From Patescibacteria group bacterium (lineage in GTDB: Bacteria; Patescibacteriota; Patescibacteriia; UBA9934), in NCBI GenBank assembly GCA_041660165.1, contig JBAZWW010000001.1:28009-92008 (forward strand): a DNA stretch of 64,000 nucleotides, in the 5' to 3' direction. Each line of letters opens with the position of its first letter. The stretch's first letter is position 1. Shown here piece after piece: positions 1 through 9,996 of this stretch. The position numbers were made by a program, and so were the translations under genes. Under the pieces are notes generated by a model that worked only from the letters and a program-made list of their open reading frames with translations, searched no databases and was not told where the DNA came from.

Positions 1-525
1 CAGGTCTTCTGTAGAAAAACCAAGCTGTTCCAGCGTCAACTGATGCGATTGGCTTGAGAGGAGGCGGAGCACGCCCTTTTCGCCCAGAGCATCAGGCAGG
101 ATGGAAACGCGGACGTCCACATCGCCAAGCGGGGAAGTGAATTTGAATCGGCCGTCTTGCGGGCCGTGGTGTTCATCCGTGCGCATGCGGGTGAGGATTT
201 TGATGCGGGCAATGAGCTGGGTGTGAAGTGCAATGTCCAGCGTGAAGACGTCATGAAGAAGGCCGTCAATGCGGATGCGGATGATGGCGTGATCTTTCCA
301 GGGTTCTAAGTGAACGTCAGAGGCGCGGGCAGCGTGCGCAAAGATCATGACGGTTTCAAAAAGTTTGATGGCTGCGTCAGACGCCGTACCCTTGGTGGCG
401 CGCTCAATCAGTAGTTCAACGTCCTTTTTGGTGGGGAGGCCCTTGGGTTCCATGGCTTTGGTTTTTGGTTCTGGTACTCTGGGCATTTCTTTTTTTGTTC
501 GGGGTGCCGGTTTTTTGGGTTCCAT
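1..525 (-). CDS. pilB: Type IV pilus/type II secretion assembly ATPase, PilB/GspE family. Partial: the N-terminal part is in the window and the gene continues beyond position 1.
   Basis: Hand translation of the - strand from the ATG at 525-523 gives MEPKKPAPRTKKEM...ASDVHLEPWKDHAIIRIRIDGLLHDV...RIKILTRMRTDEHHGPQDGRFKF...VDVRVSILPDALGEKGVLRLL. This matches GspE/PilB motifs (ASDIHxEP, RxRxDGxLHEV, PQDGR, RVSxLPTxxGEK). It is not in the ORF track because it is open at the window edge. Confidence 0.75.
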   Translation of the reverse strand, partial: MEPKKPAPRTKKEMPRVPEPKTKAMEPKGLPTKKDVELLIERATKGTASDAAIKLFETVMIFAHAARASDVHLEPWKDHAIIRIRIDGLLHDVFTLDIALHTQLIARIKILTRMRTDEHHGPQDGRFKFTSPLGDVDVRVSILPDALGEKGVLRLLSSQSHQLTLEQLGFSTEDL

Positions 526-662
526 ATGACCGCTATGATAGTTGATTGATCGTGTTCTTGCAGGGGGTGGGTGTGTATGGGGTTATACACCGCCCGGCCG
601 TTCCTTCACTCTTCATATGAAAGTTTCGGTTATACTACAGCTAACATTAAATATTTTTTCTT

Positions 663-1145
663 ATGAAAAGTAACAAAGGCAGTATAAAAGGGTTTACGCT
701 TATTGAGTTGTTGATTGTTATTGCTATCATCGTGGTGCTCGCGGCGGCGGTGTTCGTGGCTTTGAACCCGGCCAAGCGTTTTGCTGATGCTCGTGATTCG
801 CGCCGGTCAAGCGACGTAACGAACATTATCGCCGCTCTGAAGACATCCCAGGTGGACAGCGGTGGTACCTACATTGCTTCTGTTACAGCCATGACCGCGG
901 CCACGGCATACGTGATTGGTACGGATGCAACGGGCTGTAATACTGGTTGTACCGCCCAGACCACGGCAGCGGCTTGTGTAGACCTCACGGCCCTTCAAAC
1001 GGCAGGATATCTGGGAAGCATTCCTATGGATCCCACCAGCGGAGCCGCTACAAAGACAGACTACTATCTTATCAAAAATGCTTCCGGAACGCTCACGGCC
1101 GGTGCTTGTGATCCGGAGAATGCCCCTATCTCGCTTAGCCGATAA
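663..1145 (+). CDS. Type IV pilin / pseudopilin with a prepilin-type N-terminal cleavage/methylation domain
   Basis: The N-terminus KGFTLIELLIVIAIIVVLAAAVFVALNP is a canonical class III signal (G|FTLIE) followed by a hydrophobic helix. It is divergent from the PilB-like gene. Confidence 0.85.
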   Translation: MKSNKGSIKGFTLIELLIVIAIIVVLAAAVFVALNPAKRFADARDSRRSSDVTNIIAALKTSQVDSGGTYIASVTAMTAATAYVIGTDATGCNTGCTAQTTAAACVDLTALQTAGYLGSIPMDPTSGAATKTDYYLIKNASGTLTAGACDPENAPISLSR

Positions 1146-1160
1146 TTTCTTCAGAGATAA

Positions 1161-1191
1161 AAAGACGGGGCCTCATGGCTCCGTCTTTTTA
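1161..1191 (+). terminator. Rho-independent terminator after the pilin gene
   Basis: aagacggggcc-tcat-ggctccgtctt followed by a T-run. Confidence 0.6.
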
Positions 1192-1214
1192 TCTGTGTTA
1201 ACCTTGGCCTAACT

Positions 1215-3356
1215 ATGCGCGAATTTGTCCTTACGCCAACTCCGGGATCGGCACCAAAGATTGATTATAAGGGCGAGTTGAATGACGAGCAGTATGCGGT
1301 TGTTGAGAATGGCGATGGGCCGTGTTTGGTGCTCGCGGGTGCTGGTTCTGGCAAGACTCGGACTGTTACTTATCGAGTAGCCTGGTTGCTTGAGCATGGC
1401 GTTCCGCCGGATCGAATTCTTCTTTTAACCTTTACGAACAAGGCCGCGCGGGAGATGCTGACGCGCGTTGAGGCCTTGCTCAAAACATTTCCGCAGGGCT
1501 TGTGGACAGGAACATTCCACAGTATCTCTAACAGGCTTCTGCGCATGTACGGAGACAGAACGCCCTTTGGCCGGGACTTTTCGATTCTCGATGAAGAGGA
1601 CGCGAATGATCTGATGAAACTGTGCATCAAGGAGCGAAAGATTGCTGTTACCGGCGAGCGATTCCCGTCCGCTTCGGTGGTGCGATCAGTCGGTTCGTAC
1701 GCGATCAACGCAAGATTGAGCATCGCCGAGGTACTGCAGTCGCGTCATCCGGCCATCGAGATCTGGCAAGACGATATTGTGGCTGTTCTTTCGGCGTACG
1801 GAACTGCGAAGGTGCAACAGAAGGCGATGGACTTCGATGATCTCCTTGTGAAATTGCTCGAGCTCTTAAAAAGCGATGATGATTTACGGCAGAAACTCGG
1901 CAATAAATTTGCGTACGTGCTCGTGGACGAGTTTCAGGACACGAACGTGATCCAGGCTGAGCTGGTGGATTTACTGTCGGGCGTGAACCGGAACCTTTTA
2001 GTAGTTGGAGATGACGCGCAGAGCATTTACTCTTTTCGAGCGGCCGAGATCAAGAACATTCTCGACTTTCCAAAACACTACGAGGGAGCGCAGGTGTTCA
2101 GGCTAGTGGTGAACTATCGCTCGACGCCAGAGATCCTTGCGGTCGCGAATGCCGTCATTAAAAACAACACTGAACAGTTCTCGAAAGACCTGCAGGCGGT
2201 TGTTCCTTCGGGCGATAAGCCACTGATGGTGCCGGCGAGTGATGAACGGCAAGAGGCGCAGTACGTCATGCAACAAATTCTGCAGTTAATGGATGAGGAC
2301 GTGAAGCTCGGAAAGATTGCGGTGTTGTTTCGAGCCGCCTTTCACTCGCAGGCGCTTGAGTTTGAACTCATGCGCAACAACATTCCGTATGAGTATCGAG
2401 GCGGGCTGAAATTTTTCGAGCGCGCGCACGTGAAGGATGCCATTGCCCATTTGCGGATTCTTAGAAATGTAAAAGATGGGATGGCCTGGATGCGGGCCTT
2501 GCAAATCCAGCCGGGCATGGGACTTGCCACTGCGAACAAGACGGCTAACTTTGCTGGCGTCTCGGAAGATGCACAGAGTGCAATCGCGAGTTACCCGGCG
2601 CTTGGCGCCAAAGCTGCGCAAGGCTGGCGCAATACCGTCGAAATACTCGGCGCCATGCTGGTGGCTGGATCGCCAGCGCATACTCTGCGCGCGTTTTCAG
2701 CGAGTGATTCTTATAAAAAATATCTTGAGGCCGAGTATCCGAATGCGCGCGAACGAATCGAGGATCTCGAACAATTCGCCCTGTTCGCTGAACAGTATGA
2801 CAAGCTCGGCGACTTCCTCGATGCTGTAACTCTGACCGGCGACTTTGGCGTCAGGCTCGAAGATCCCGAGCAGACGGGGAGACGCACTGAACAGAATGAG
2901 GACAAGCTCATTCTCTCGACGATCCATCAAGCAAAGGGACTTGAGTGGGACAACGTCTTTATTATTCATCTGGCCGAGGGCGCCTTCCCGCACTCGCGTG
3001 CTTATGCGGAGGCGAACGGCCTGGCCGAAGAACGCCGGCTGTTTTACGTGGCGGCCACTCGCGCTCGTCAACGGCTGTACTTCACCTATCCGGTAACGAC
3101 TGGATTCGAGAACATCGAGATTCGTCAGCCGTCGCAATTCCTGGATGAGATTCCAAGGGAGCTTATAGAGGAAGTCCGTCTCCGAACCTCAATGCCTGCT
3201 TGGTCTGCCTACTCCAGCGCTTCCAGAGTTCCCGCCTATCGCAAACAGCATAATCCCTACGATGACGAGCCAACGATTGTCCTCGATGCCTCCGGCGAAC
3301 CAACGAATCCCAAGCAAATGCCAGCTAGTTTTTTGAGGAATATCGAAGACCTTTAA
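1215..3356 (+). CDS. uvrD: UvrD/PcrA-family ATP-dependent DNA helicase
   Basis: Walker A AGAGSGKT, LVDEFQDTN, VVGDDAQSIYSFRAA and a C-terminal ATRARQRLYF; these are SF1 UvrD motifs. Confidence 0.9.
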   Translation: MREFVLTPTPGSAPKIDYKGELNDEQYAVVENGDGPCLVLAGAGSGKTRTVTYRVAWLLEHGVPPDRILLLTFTNKAAREMLTRVEALLKTFPQGLWTGTFHSISNRLLRMYGDRTPFGRDFSILDEEDANDLMKLCIKERKIAVTGERFPSASVVRSVGSYAINARLSIAEVLQSRHPAIEIWQDDIVAVLSAYGTAKVQQKAMDFDDLLVKLLELLKSDDDLRQKLGNKFAYVLVDEFQDTNVIQAELVDLLSGVNRNLLVVGDDAQSIYSFRAAEIKNILDFPKHYEGAQVFRLVVNYRSTPEILAVANAVIKNNTEQFSKDLQAVVPSGDKPLMVPASDERQEAQYVMQQILQLMDEDVKLGKIAVLFRAAFHSQALEFELMRNNIPYEYRGGLKFFERAHVKDAIAHLRILRNVKDGMAWMRALQIQPGMGLATANKTANFAGVSEDAQSAIASYPALGAKAAQGWRNTVEILGAMLVAGSPAHTLRAFSASDSYKKYLEAEYPNARERIEDLEQFALFAEQYDKLGDFLDAVTLTGDFGVRLEDPEQTGRRTEQNEDKLILSTIHQAKGLEWDNVFIIHLAEGAFPHSRAYAEANGLAEERRLFYVAATRARQRLYFTYPVTTGFENIEIRQPSQFLDEIPRELIEEVRLRTSMPAWSAYSSASRVPAYRKQHNPYDDEPTIVLDASGEPTNPKQMPASFLRNIEDL

Positions 3357-3740
3357 GAGGAGAAGTGAGTCTTTTAAAAGGGGAGGAGAGGAGGAGATCC
3401 TTCTAAAGGAGAGGGCGAGTCAGACCCTGAGCGTAGGCGAAGGGTCTAGAGGTGGTTGCATTGGGCTGTTCGGTCTGGGGAGTATCTCGCTGTCATCGGC
3501 AAATTCTCGACTGTAAACCGTTGAGCTGTGTTAAACCCCGCGGGGCGCCTCGATGAGTTGAGAATAGAACGGAACTAACGCTTTTAGTGGCCTTGAGATA
3601 AAGATTTGATTTTCTGCAAACGGTCCTCCAGGTGTACACTTGCGGTACACCAACTCTGAGGGGTCATAATGAGCATATGGTTCCCCCTTTCGCACCGCAC
3701 TGAAACCCTTCTCATAATAAAAGAATCAGGTTCTTATACT

Positions 3741-3968
3741 ATGGACACTCTCTTTATTGGCATCAAAGAATTTCGTCAGAACATGGCAAAGGTCACTCAA
3801 GATGCTCTTGATAATAAAAGACGCATTATCATTCTCAGGAAAAACGAACCAATTTTCGAGCTCATCCCACTTTCCAAAAAGGAGCGCGAGTGTTGGGCAT
3901 TCGAAATAGACTACAAGGACGAAGGCCGTACTTCCTGGCTGAAACCTCACAAGCCCTCACTTCATTAA
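3741..3968 (+). CDS. Small protein, possibly a Phd/YefM-like antitoxin-fold protein (orphan)
   Basis: MDTLFIGIKEFRQNMAKVTQDALDNKRRIIILRKNEPIFELIPLSKKE resembles the Phd/YefM N-terminus. No toxin partner is seen. I chose the internal ATG; the ORF-track start is 3669. Confidence 0.35.
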   Translation: MDTLFIGIKEFRQNMAKVTQDALDNKRRIIILRKNEPIFELIPLSKKERECWAFEIDYKDEGRTSWLKPHKPSLH

Positions 3969-4082
3969 ATATATACAAGACTCTTATTATATTAGATACT
4001 TATATAATCTGTTTTTTTTCTTCACATTTCTTTCTCATTTTCCTTTCCCTTTCCCATTTCCCCTTTATATTAAAAGCTCACT

Positions 4083-5786
4083 TTACTCTTTCAGAATTAG
4101 CACCGAATATCCATCTTTATCGTACGTCTTGGTGAAATGGTCGGGCGTGAATAACTTCTTACTAATCGGCACAGTTATTTCCTCAATCCCATCAATAATT
4201 TTATTGACGTGAAAAATGAGATAGTAGTTTTCTCGATCGCCATAGAAAATAAACTGGTCAAGTTTTCCGTAGGGGCAATTCTTCACCTTGTTGTAGAGCT
4301 CGTCCGAGGTTTTCGAGTCCGCGAGCGATTGCACATACGTCATCCGCTCGGTGAAGATTGAGGCCGGGTGGTTGTTGTGCTCGTTAAAATAGATGAGGCC
4401 GTCGAGTGGCACGAAAGCTAGTACCTGCGGAACGGTGTGAAGCGTTAGTCTTGAGCTCGATCCTGGTGCGCTCTCAAGATACGCCACCAGCTCCTTCATC
4501 TGCTGGCCCGCTTCTCGCGAGATAGCTCGTTGCGCTTTGATATGCGGGTCGTCAATAAAAAAGCCAAAGATTGACTGCGAGGCAAAGTACAAGATGCCAA
4601 TGACAGCCAAAGTGAACGCGATATTGCGTCTCTCGTACTCGCCGAGTTTGAAATGGTGCCACAATCTTTCGATCCCGTACCCCGCCGAGATGGCCAGGAT
4701 TCCCGGTGCGAGCAGATAGAACCCGCGGAATTCTTGAAAGGGAGTCTTTAGAATGAGCAGATGAGCCATGGCCAAACCCCACCACAAAAAGGCCATGACA
4801 AACAGATAAAGCAACTGTTTGATGAACGTCTCGTTTCTATAATAGATAAGAACGGCCAGGCCGAAGAGCAACACTAGGCAGTTAATACTCGTTAGCTGAA
4901 ACATGGGCATCCACAGGTTTAAACCGTCCGGCGTAAAGTAGGCGGTTTGCCAGTTTTCCATACCGTGCCTGGCGTAGCTCACAGTGAGCGGGACAAGAAA
5001 CGGCGTACTGACAAGGATGGCCACGCCTGCCGTCTTAACGAGTGACATAAAGTACGCGACTCGTTTTCCTTTTTCCTCGAAAATTCCCATGAAGAACAGG
5101 GCCATGGTGGCAAAGATGAGCCACAGATAATACGTCATGAAAATGAGGCCCGCAATCACGCCGTAGACAATCGTCAATTTGTTCGACCATTTGCCTGTCG
5201 AGATCCTAATGGCCATGCTCGCATACCAGAAAATCGCAATCGCCCCCGTAATCACCTCGTAGGGCTTGCCGAAGAATAAATCTTTGTCGAGTACAGCAAT
5301 GAGCAAGAGTGGCGAGAGAAGCGTAAAAACTTTGCCGAGTACTTTTGGCTCTTCGCTCAACCCTTTCGTAAAATATTTTTGCGAGTAATACAGACCGATA
5401 GGGAAGACGAGCAGTGAAATAGTCGAAGCGAACTTGGAAATCATGACGCCGTTCCAGTCCATGGCTCGACCAACCAAACCAAAGATCCAAAAGAAAGCAG
5501 GCGGATAAAATGGAGGTAAAAGGTGATAATTGAAATCCGAAAACAGGCTAACGTGGGCAAACGTGTTGTACATGGCCGCAATGGTCAGTTCATCGCCCTG
5601 CAAGCCCCAAAAAGTGAGCGCCAGGTTGTTAACCAGGAAGTAATATGAGGCCGAGGAAATAACGCCGACGAGTACGAGAAAGTATGCCGGATGCAACCTT
5701 TTATGGAGCAGAAAAATGCTTGCGCCTATAAACACCAGGAGCAAAATCTTGATAATGAGATACATCTGGACATCAAAAAAATCCAT
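4083..5786 (-). CDS. Polytopic membrane protein, putative GT-C-type glycosyltransferase (ArnT/PMT-like)
   Basis: About 12 predicted TM helices plus a C-terminal soluble domain. It is immediately downstream of the GtrA-like gene. Confidence 0.4.
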   Translation of the reverse strand: MDFFDVQMYLIIKILLLVFIGASIFLLHKRLHPAYFLVLVGVISSASYYFLVNNLALTFWGLQGDELTIAAMYNTFAHVSLFSDFNYHLLPPFYPPAFFWIFGLVGRAMDWNGVMISKFASTISLLVFPIGLYYSQKYFTKGLSEEPKVLGKVFTLLSPLLLIAVLDKDLFFGKPYEVITGAIAIFWYASMAIRISTGKWSNKLTIVYGVIAGLIFMTYYLWLIFATMALFFMGIFEEKGKRVAYFMSLVKTAGVAILVSTPFLVPLTVSYARHGMENWQTAYFTPDGLNLWMPMFQLTSINCLVLLFGLAVLIYYRNETFIKQLLYLFVMAFLWWGLAMAHLLILKTPFQEFRGFYLLAPGILAISAGYGIERLWHHFKLGEYERRNIAFTLAVIGILYFASQSIFGFFIDDPHIKAQRAISREAGQQMKELVAYLESAPGSSSRLTLHTVPQVLAFVPLDGLIYFNEHNNHPASIFTERMTYVQSLADSKTSDELYNKVKNCPYGKLDQFIFYGDRENYYLIFHVNKIIDGIEEITVPISKKLFTPDHFTKTYDKDGYSVLILKE

Positions 5787-5787
5787 A

Positions 5788-6168
5788 TTAGTTTTCTTTG
5801 TACACCCAATGCTTGTAAAAGAGGAAATTCACGCACATGAGGAGACCGATGCTTGATACTCGAACAACTACATAATGAATACCGAGTACTTCGTGAAGGG
5901 CATACATGAGCGCGATTGACGCTAAATAGTTGCCCCCAACGAGCACGAGATAACGGCCGAGCTGTTTCGCATGCGCCGACTTCGACTCGAACGACCAGTA
6001 CTTATTTAGAAGGAAGTTGTAGGCCATGACCACCACCTGGTTCATGGCTACCGCCAGAAACGCTCGAACATGCGCCACTTCTTTTAAGAGTACGAGCAAA
6101 CCGATGTCGAGCAGGGCGGAACTTGCTCCTACAGCAAGAAATTTGAGGATCTGTTTTTTAGTACCCAT
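5788..6168 (-). CDS. GtrA-family membrane protein
   Basis: KFLAVGASSALLDIGLLVLLKEV plus 4 TM segments is the GtrA signature. It sits upstream of the GT-C-like gene. Confidence 0.65.
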   Translation of the reverse strand: MGTKKQILKFLAVGASSALLDIGLLVLLKEVAHVRAFLAVAMNQVVVMAYNFLLNKYWSFESKSAHAKQLGRYLVLVGGNYLASIALMYALHEVLGIHYVVVRVSSIGLLMCVNFLFYKHWVYKEN

Positions 6169-6211
6169 AAGCGGTTGGCATTTATTCTATCAGGTGTAAA
6201 CTATTCGCACT

Positions 6212-7369
6212 ATGGAAATTAAAAAGGACTACAACCAGCTTTCACTTTTGGCGCATAAAGAAAAGAGAGGAAAATGGGAGATTGCCTCAAAAATGCCCCT
6301 GGAAACTGTTGATGACCTGTCCATTGCGTACACACCTGGAGTGGCCGAGCCATGCCGGGCAATTGCCGCCAATCCCGAACTCGCTTACGAACTGACCATG
6401 AAAGGAAACTCCGTGGCGGTCGTGAGCGATGGCACCTCGGTCCTTGGTTTGGGCGACATTGGTCCGATGGCCGGTTTGCCGGTCATGGAGGGCAAGGCCG
6501 TTCTCTATAAGAAGTATTCCGGTATCGACGGCGTGCCGATTGTTCTTGCCTCTAAGGACGTCAACGATATTGTGCAGGCGGTGAAGATGATCGCGCCTAC
6601 CTTTGGCGGAATCCACCTTGAAGACATCGCCGCTCCCGCCTGCTTTGAGATCGAGCGCCGGTTGACCGAGGAGCTCGACATCCCCGTCATGCATGATGAT
6701 CAGCACTGCACCGCGATCGTGGTAGTTGCCGGTTTGTATAACGCCCTAAAAGTTGTTGGCAAAGATTTGTCGAGTGTTCGGATCGTGGTGAACGGTGCTG
6801 GCGCTGCTGGGATTGCCATCACCGGCTTGCTCATTGACGCTGGCGCGAAGAGCATTGACCTGCTCGATTCTGTCGGCATCATCGCGCTCGGCCGTGAAAA
6901 GATGAACTCCGAAAAGGATCGCCTCGCCAAAATCATCAATCCGAATGATAAGCGCGGAACGCTCGCTCAAGCACTCGCCGGAGCGGATGTGTTCATCGGC
7001 GTCAGCCGGCCCGGCCTCGTTACCCGCGACATGGTTGCGTCAATGAATTCTCGAGCAATTATTTTCGCCCTCGCCAATCCCACGCCAGAAATTATGCCGG
7101 AAGAAGCGCTGGCCGGTGGAGCTGAGGTGATTGCCACCGGACGCTCGGACTATCCCAATCAAGTGAACAATGTTTTGGTCTATCCGGGGCTTTTCCGGGG
7201 TCTCCTGGATGGCCGAGTTCGTCGTCTGACCTCGAAGATGAAATTAGCCGCTGCACAGGCCCTGGCTGATTCCGTGAAAACGCCAAAAAAACAGTGTATA
7301 CTACCTAGCATCTTGGAGGAGAACCCTGCAGAGTATATTAGGCACGCCATCCTTCAGGCAGTTGTATGA
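6212..7369 (+). CDS. NAD(P)-dependent malic enzyme (short form)
   Basis: [38 protein letters not shown] and ALANPTPEI are malic enzyme motifs. Confidence 0.88.
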   Translation: MEIKKDYNQLSLLAHKEKRGKWEIASKMPLETVDDLSIAYTPGVAEPCRAIAANPELAYELTMKGNSVAVVSDGTSVLGLGDIGPMAGLPVMEGKAVLYKKYSGIDGVPIVLASKDVNDIVQAVKMIAPTFGGIHLEDIAAPACFEIERRLTEELDIPVMHDDQHCTAIVVVAGLYNALKVVGKDLSSVRIVVNGAGAAGIAITGLLIDAGAKSIDLLDSVGIIALGREKMNSEKDRLAKIINPNDKRGTLAQALAGADVFIGVSRPGLVTRDMVASMNSRAIIFALANPTPEIMPEEALAGGAEVIATGRSDYPNQVNNVLVYPGLFRGLLDGRVRRLTSKMKLAAAQALADSVKTPKKQCILPSILEENPAEYIRHAILQAVV

Positions 7370-7938
7370 CCCAACACGTTTATCGGCACACTCGCCGTAG
7401 ACGATCCCACTCATTCCTGCCGAGACTTGTCTCACTGTCGCTCTTTCTCGCCGTTGGCGCTGGTGTTTTTTATGGCTCAATGAATTGGTTCCGTTCGCAT
7501 GCTGGCACGACCGCAGAAATTGTGGCGAAATCTGCTGAAGTAAAAAATGCCATCGCTCCTGAACCAGTGTCCGCCGCTGAATTGACCCCTTCGCGCGCCA
7601 ACCTTGTCTCTGCCTTTGATGGGCAGACCACGGGGGCGGTGAATAGGATGCCGGGTACGCAAAGTACGGATTTTCACCTCCTGGCGTACCTGCCCGGTCT
7701 TGATGCCGGTACAGAATCCTACGCGGTTTGGCTTTTGAAGGATGGTTTAGCGGATGTGAAGCGGGTAGGGGCGCTCACGCCCCGCGCAGACGGCAGTTGG
7801 GTCATGGACTTTACGGCTGGCCCGCAAAATGGTATCTCTCTCCCTGAAACGTATCGGACGCTCGTCATCATGAAGGGCCCGAAAGAGAGCAAGACAGATA
7901 AGGTGCAAGGCACAAAAATGGCTGAAGCGAAGTTTTAG
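7366..7938 (+). CDS. Hypothetical membrane-anchored protein
   Basis: Basic N-terminus followed by one TM helix. The ATGA overlap with the upstream gene suggests translational coupling. Confidence 0.4.
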   Translation: MTQHVYRHTRRRRSHSFLPRLVSLSLFLAVGAGVFYGSMNWFRSHAGTTAEIVAKSAEVKNAIAPEPVSAAELTPSRANLVSAFDGQTTGAVNRMPGTQSTDFHLLAYLPGLDAGTESYAVWLLKDGLADVKRVGALTPRADGSWVMDFTAGPQNGISLPETYRTLVIMKGPKESKTDKVQGTKMAEAKF

Positions 7939-7942
7939 AAAA

Positions 7943-9214
7943 TTGCGTATGAAAGTGACGGTCGTTGGCGCTGGCTGGGTAGGAATTATTTCCGCGGCTA
8001 CGCTTGCCCATTTTGGACACGAGGTTGTTCTGACGGACAATCGTGAAGAGAGGATCATCGCCCTAGCTAGGGGCGATTTGCCGTTTTTTGAGCCCGGGCT
8101 TGATGAACTTTTTCAAGCCGGAATTGCCTCGGGTAAAGTACGGGTTGTTAAAGCGGAGCCAGGCACTATGGCGGACGCTGACATTGTCCTCTGCTCAGTC
8201 GGCACCCCTCCGCTTCCGAACGGGGCGGCTGATCTCTCCGCCGTGTTTGAAGTCGCCCGTGATTTTGGCCGAGGCATTGAACGGTCGAGCGTGTTCGTTG
8301 TCCGATCAACGGTTCCGCCGGGCACCGGCAAGTTTTGCCAAGAAATGATTTCGGAAGAATTGCGGGTTCGGGGATCTTCGGTGGCTTTCTGTATCGGCTC
8401 AAACCCGGAATTCTTGGCTGAGGGAACGGCCATCAGAGACTCGCTTGAGCCTGAGCGAATTATCATCGGTTCGGAAAGCGAAGGGGGGGAGTCTGCCTTG
8501 AAAGAGTTGTACGCGCCACTCCTGGCCAATGGCGTACCGTTGTTATCAACGAATATTCCCACGAGCGAGCTGACAAAGTACGCCGCGAATGCCTTCCTCG
8601 CCACCAAAGTAAGCTTTATCAACGAAATCGCCAACTACGCAGAACTCGTCGGTGCTTCGGCACAGGACATTGCCAAGGGCATGGGCCTGGACAGCCGAAT
8701 CGGTCCGAAGTTTCTGCGCCCCGGCATTGGCTACGGCGGAAGCTGTTTGCCAAAAGACGTGCGGGCGCTGGTAGCCGCCGGCAAAGAAGCTGGCTATCGT
8801 TTTCAGATAATCCCCGAAGTTGACCGCGTGAACGTGGGCCAGCGCGTGCGCATGTATGAAGCATTCGCGGGCGCGCTCGGCAGTGTGCGCGGAAAACGGA
8901 TTGTGCTCTGGGGCGTGTCATACAAACCAGGCACTGATGACACGCGTGAATCACCGGCTTTGTATTTTATTGATCGCCTATTGCGCGAGGGGGCAACCGT
9001 CGTCACTTGTGATCCGAAGGTCGGCTTTAAGATCCGGGTGCAGTTTCCGCAGGTTGAGGTGGCGGTTGACGCCGAATCCTCGCTCAAGGGCGCGGATGCG
9101 CTGGCTCTCCTCACCGAATGGCCAGAGTTTTTGTCCTATACATTGTCTGAACTCCGTACGCGGGTGCGCGAGGGGATAGTCCTTGATGCTCGTGGTGTTT
9201 TGCAGAAGCGGTAG
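7943..9214 (+). CDS. ugd: UDP-glucose 6-dehydrogenase (UDP-glucose/GDP-mannose dehydrogenase family)
   Basis: VTVVGAGWVGIISAATLA Rossmann motif, GGSCLPKDVRAL with the catalytic Cys, and a three-domain length. Confidence 0.88.
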   Translation: MRMKVTVVGAGWVGIISAATLAHFGHEVVLTDNREERIIALARGDLPFFEPGLDELFQAGIASGKVRVVKAEPGTMADADIVLCSVGTPPLPNGAADLSAVFEVARDFGRGIERSSVFVVRSTVPPGTGKFCQEMISEELRVRGSSVAFCIGSNPEFLAEGTAIRDSLEPERIIIGSESEGGESALKELYAPLLANGVPLLSTNIPTSELTKYAANAFLATKVSFINEIANYAELVGASAQDIAKGMGLDSRIGPKFLRPGIGYGGSCLPKDVRALVAAGKEAGYRFQIIPEVDRVNVGQRVRMYEAFAGALGSVRGKRIVLWGVSYKPGTDDTRESPALYFIDRLLREGATVVTCDPKVGFKIRVQFPQVEVAVDAESSLKGADALALLTEWPEFLSYTLSELRTRVREGIVLDARGVLQKR

Positions 9215-9243
9215 GGGGTGTTTTTGTGTTATAATTTCGGCGT

Positions 9244-9993
9244 ATGAATATATTCTCGTCCAAGACGGGAAGCTCTACGCAGAATGGGGACGCCACCGCG
9301 CGCATTCCGCTGACAGAGGAGGAGAAAGTGATGTGCCTGGCTGGAAACAGACCGCCCAAGATGAGTGATATCACTTGGCGGATTTTTCGGATTATGGCGG
9401 AGTTTGTGGAAGGGTTTCAATTCCTTTCTACCACCAAGCGAGAGGTCTCTATCTTTGGCAGTACCAGGATTCCCGTCGGTCATAGATGGTATGAAGAAGC
9501 GGTAAAGCTTGGCCGACTACTCGGTAAAGGCGGATTTACTGTGGTCACGGGCGGAGGCCCGGGCATCATGGAGGGAGCGAACAAGGGCGCGTTTGAAGTT
9601 GGCGCTATGTCTGTCGGCTTGAACATCCAGCTTCCTCGCGAACAACGGATTAATCCTTACGTCACTCACTCGCGCGCTTTTTATTATTTCTTTACGCGTA
9701 AAGTGATGCTGGCGGCTTCGGCCCAGGCCTACGTGTTTTTCCCCGGGGGCTTTGGCACTATGGATGAGTTATTCGAAATCTTGACCTTGATCCAAACGGG
9801 CAAGTCTGAAAAAGTGCCGGTAGTGTTGGTTGGCAAGGCCCATTGGGGTGGTCTGTGGGGCTGGATGAAGGACGAGATGTATGCCAAGATGGACGCCATT
9901 GATCGGGCGGACATGGATTTAGTCAAGATTGTGGATACCGCGGAAGAGGCGTACGCTATTGTCTCCAAGTCTTCTGAACGGAACTTCTTCTAA
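9244..9993 (+). CDS. LOG-family protein (TIGR00730; cytokinin riboside 5'-monophosphate phosphoribohydrolase-like)
   Basis: VTGGGPGIMEGANKGA and FPGGFGTMDELFE. The true start may be an internal ATG. Confidence 0.8.
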   Translation: MNIFSSKTGSSTQNGDATARIPLTEEEKVMCLAGNRPPKMSDITWRIFRIMAEFVEGFQFLSTTKREVSIFGSTRIPVGHRWYEEAVKLGRLLGKGGFTVVTGGGPGIMEGANKGAFEVGAMSVGLNIQLPREQRINPYVTHSRAFYYFFTRKVMLAASAQAYVFFPGGFGTMDELFEILTLIQTGKSEKVPVVLVGKAHWGGLWGWMKDEMYAKMDAIDRADMDLVKIVDTAEEAYAIVSKSSERNFF

Positions 9994-9996
9994 GCT

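Noticed and set aside
36-590. ORF-track entries 36-269(-), 347-529(+) and 408-590(-)
   Set aside because: They are alternative frames overlapping the partial PilB-like gene, which is the only frame with recognisable family motifs.
3890-4135. 81-aa ORF in the AT-rich spacer
   Set aside because: Homopolymeric low-complexity translation (FFLIFLSLSHF) typical of an AT-rich non-coding region.
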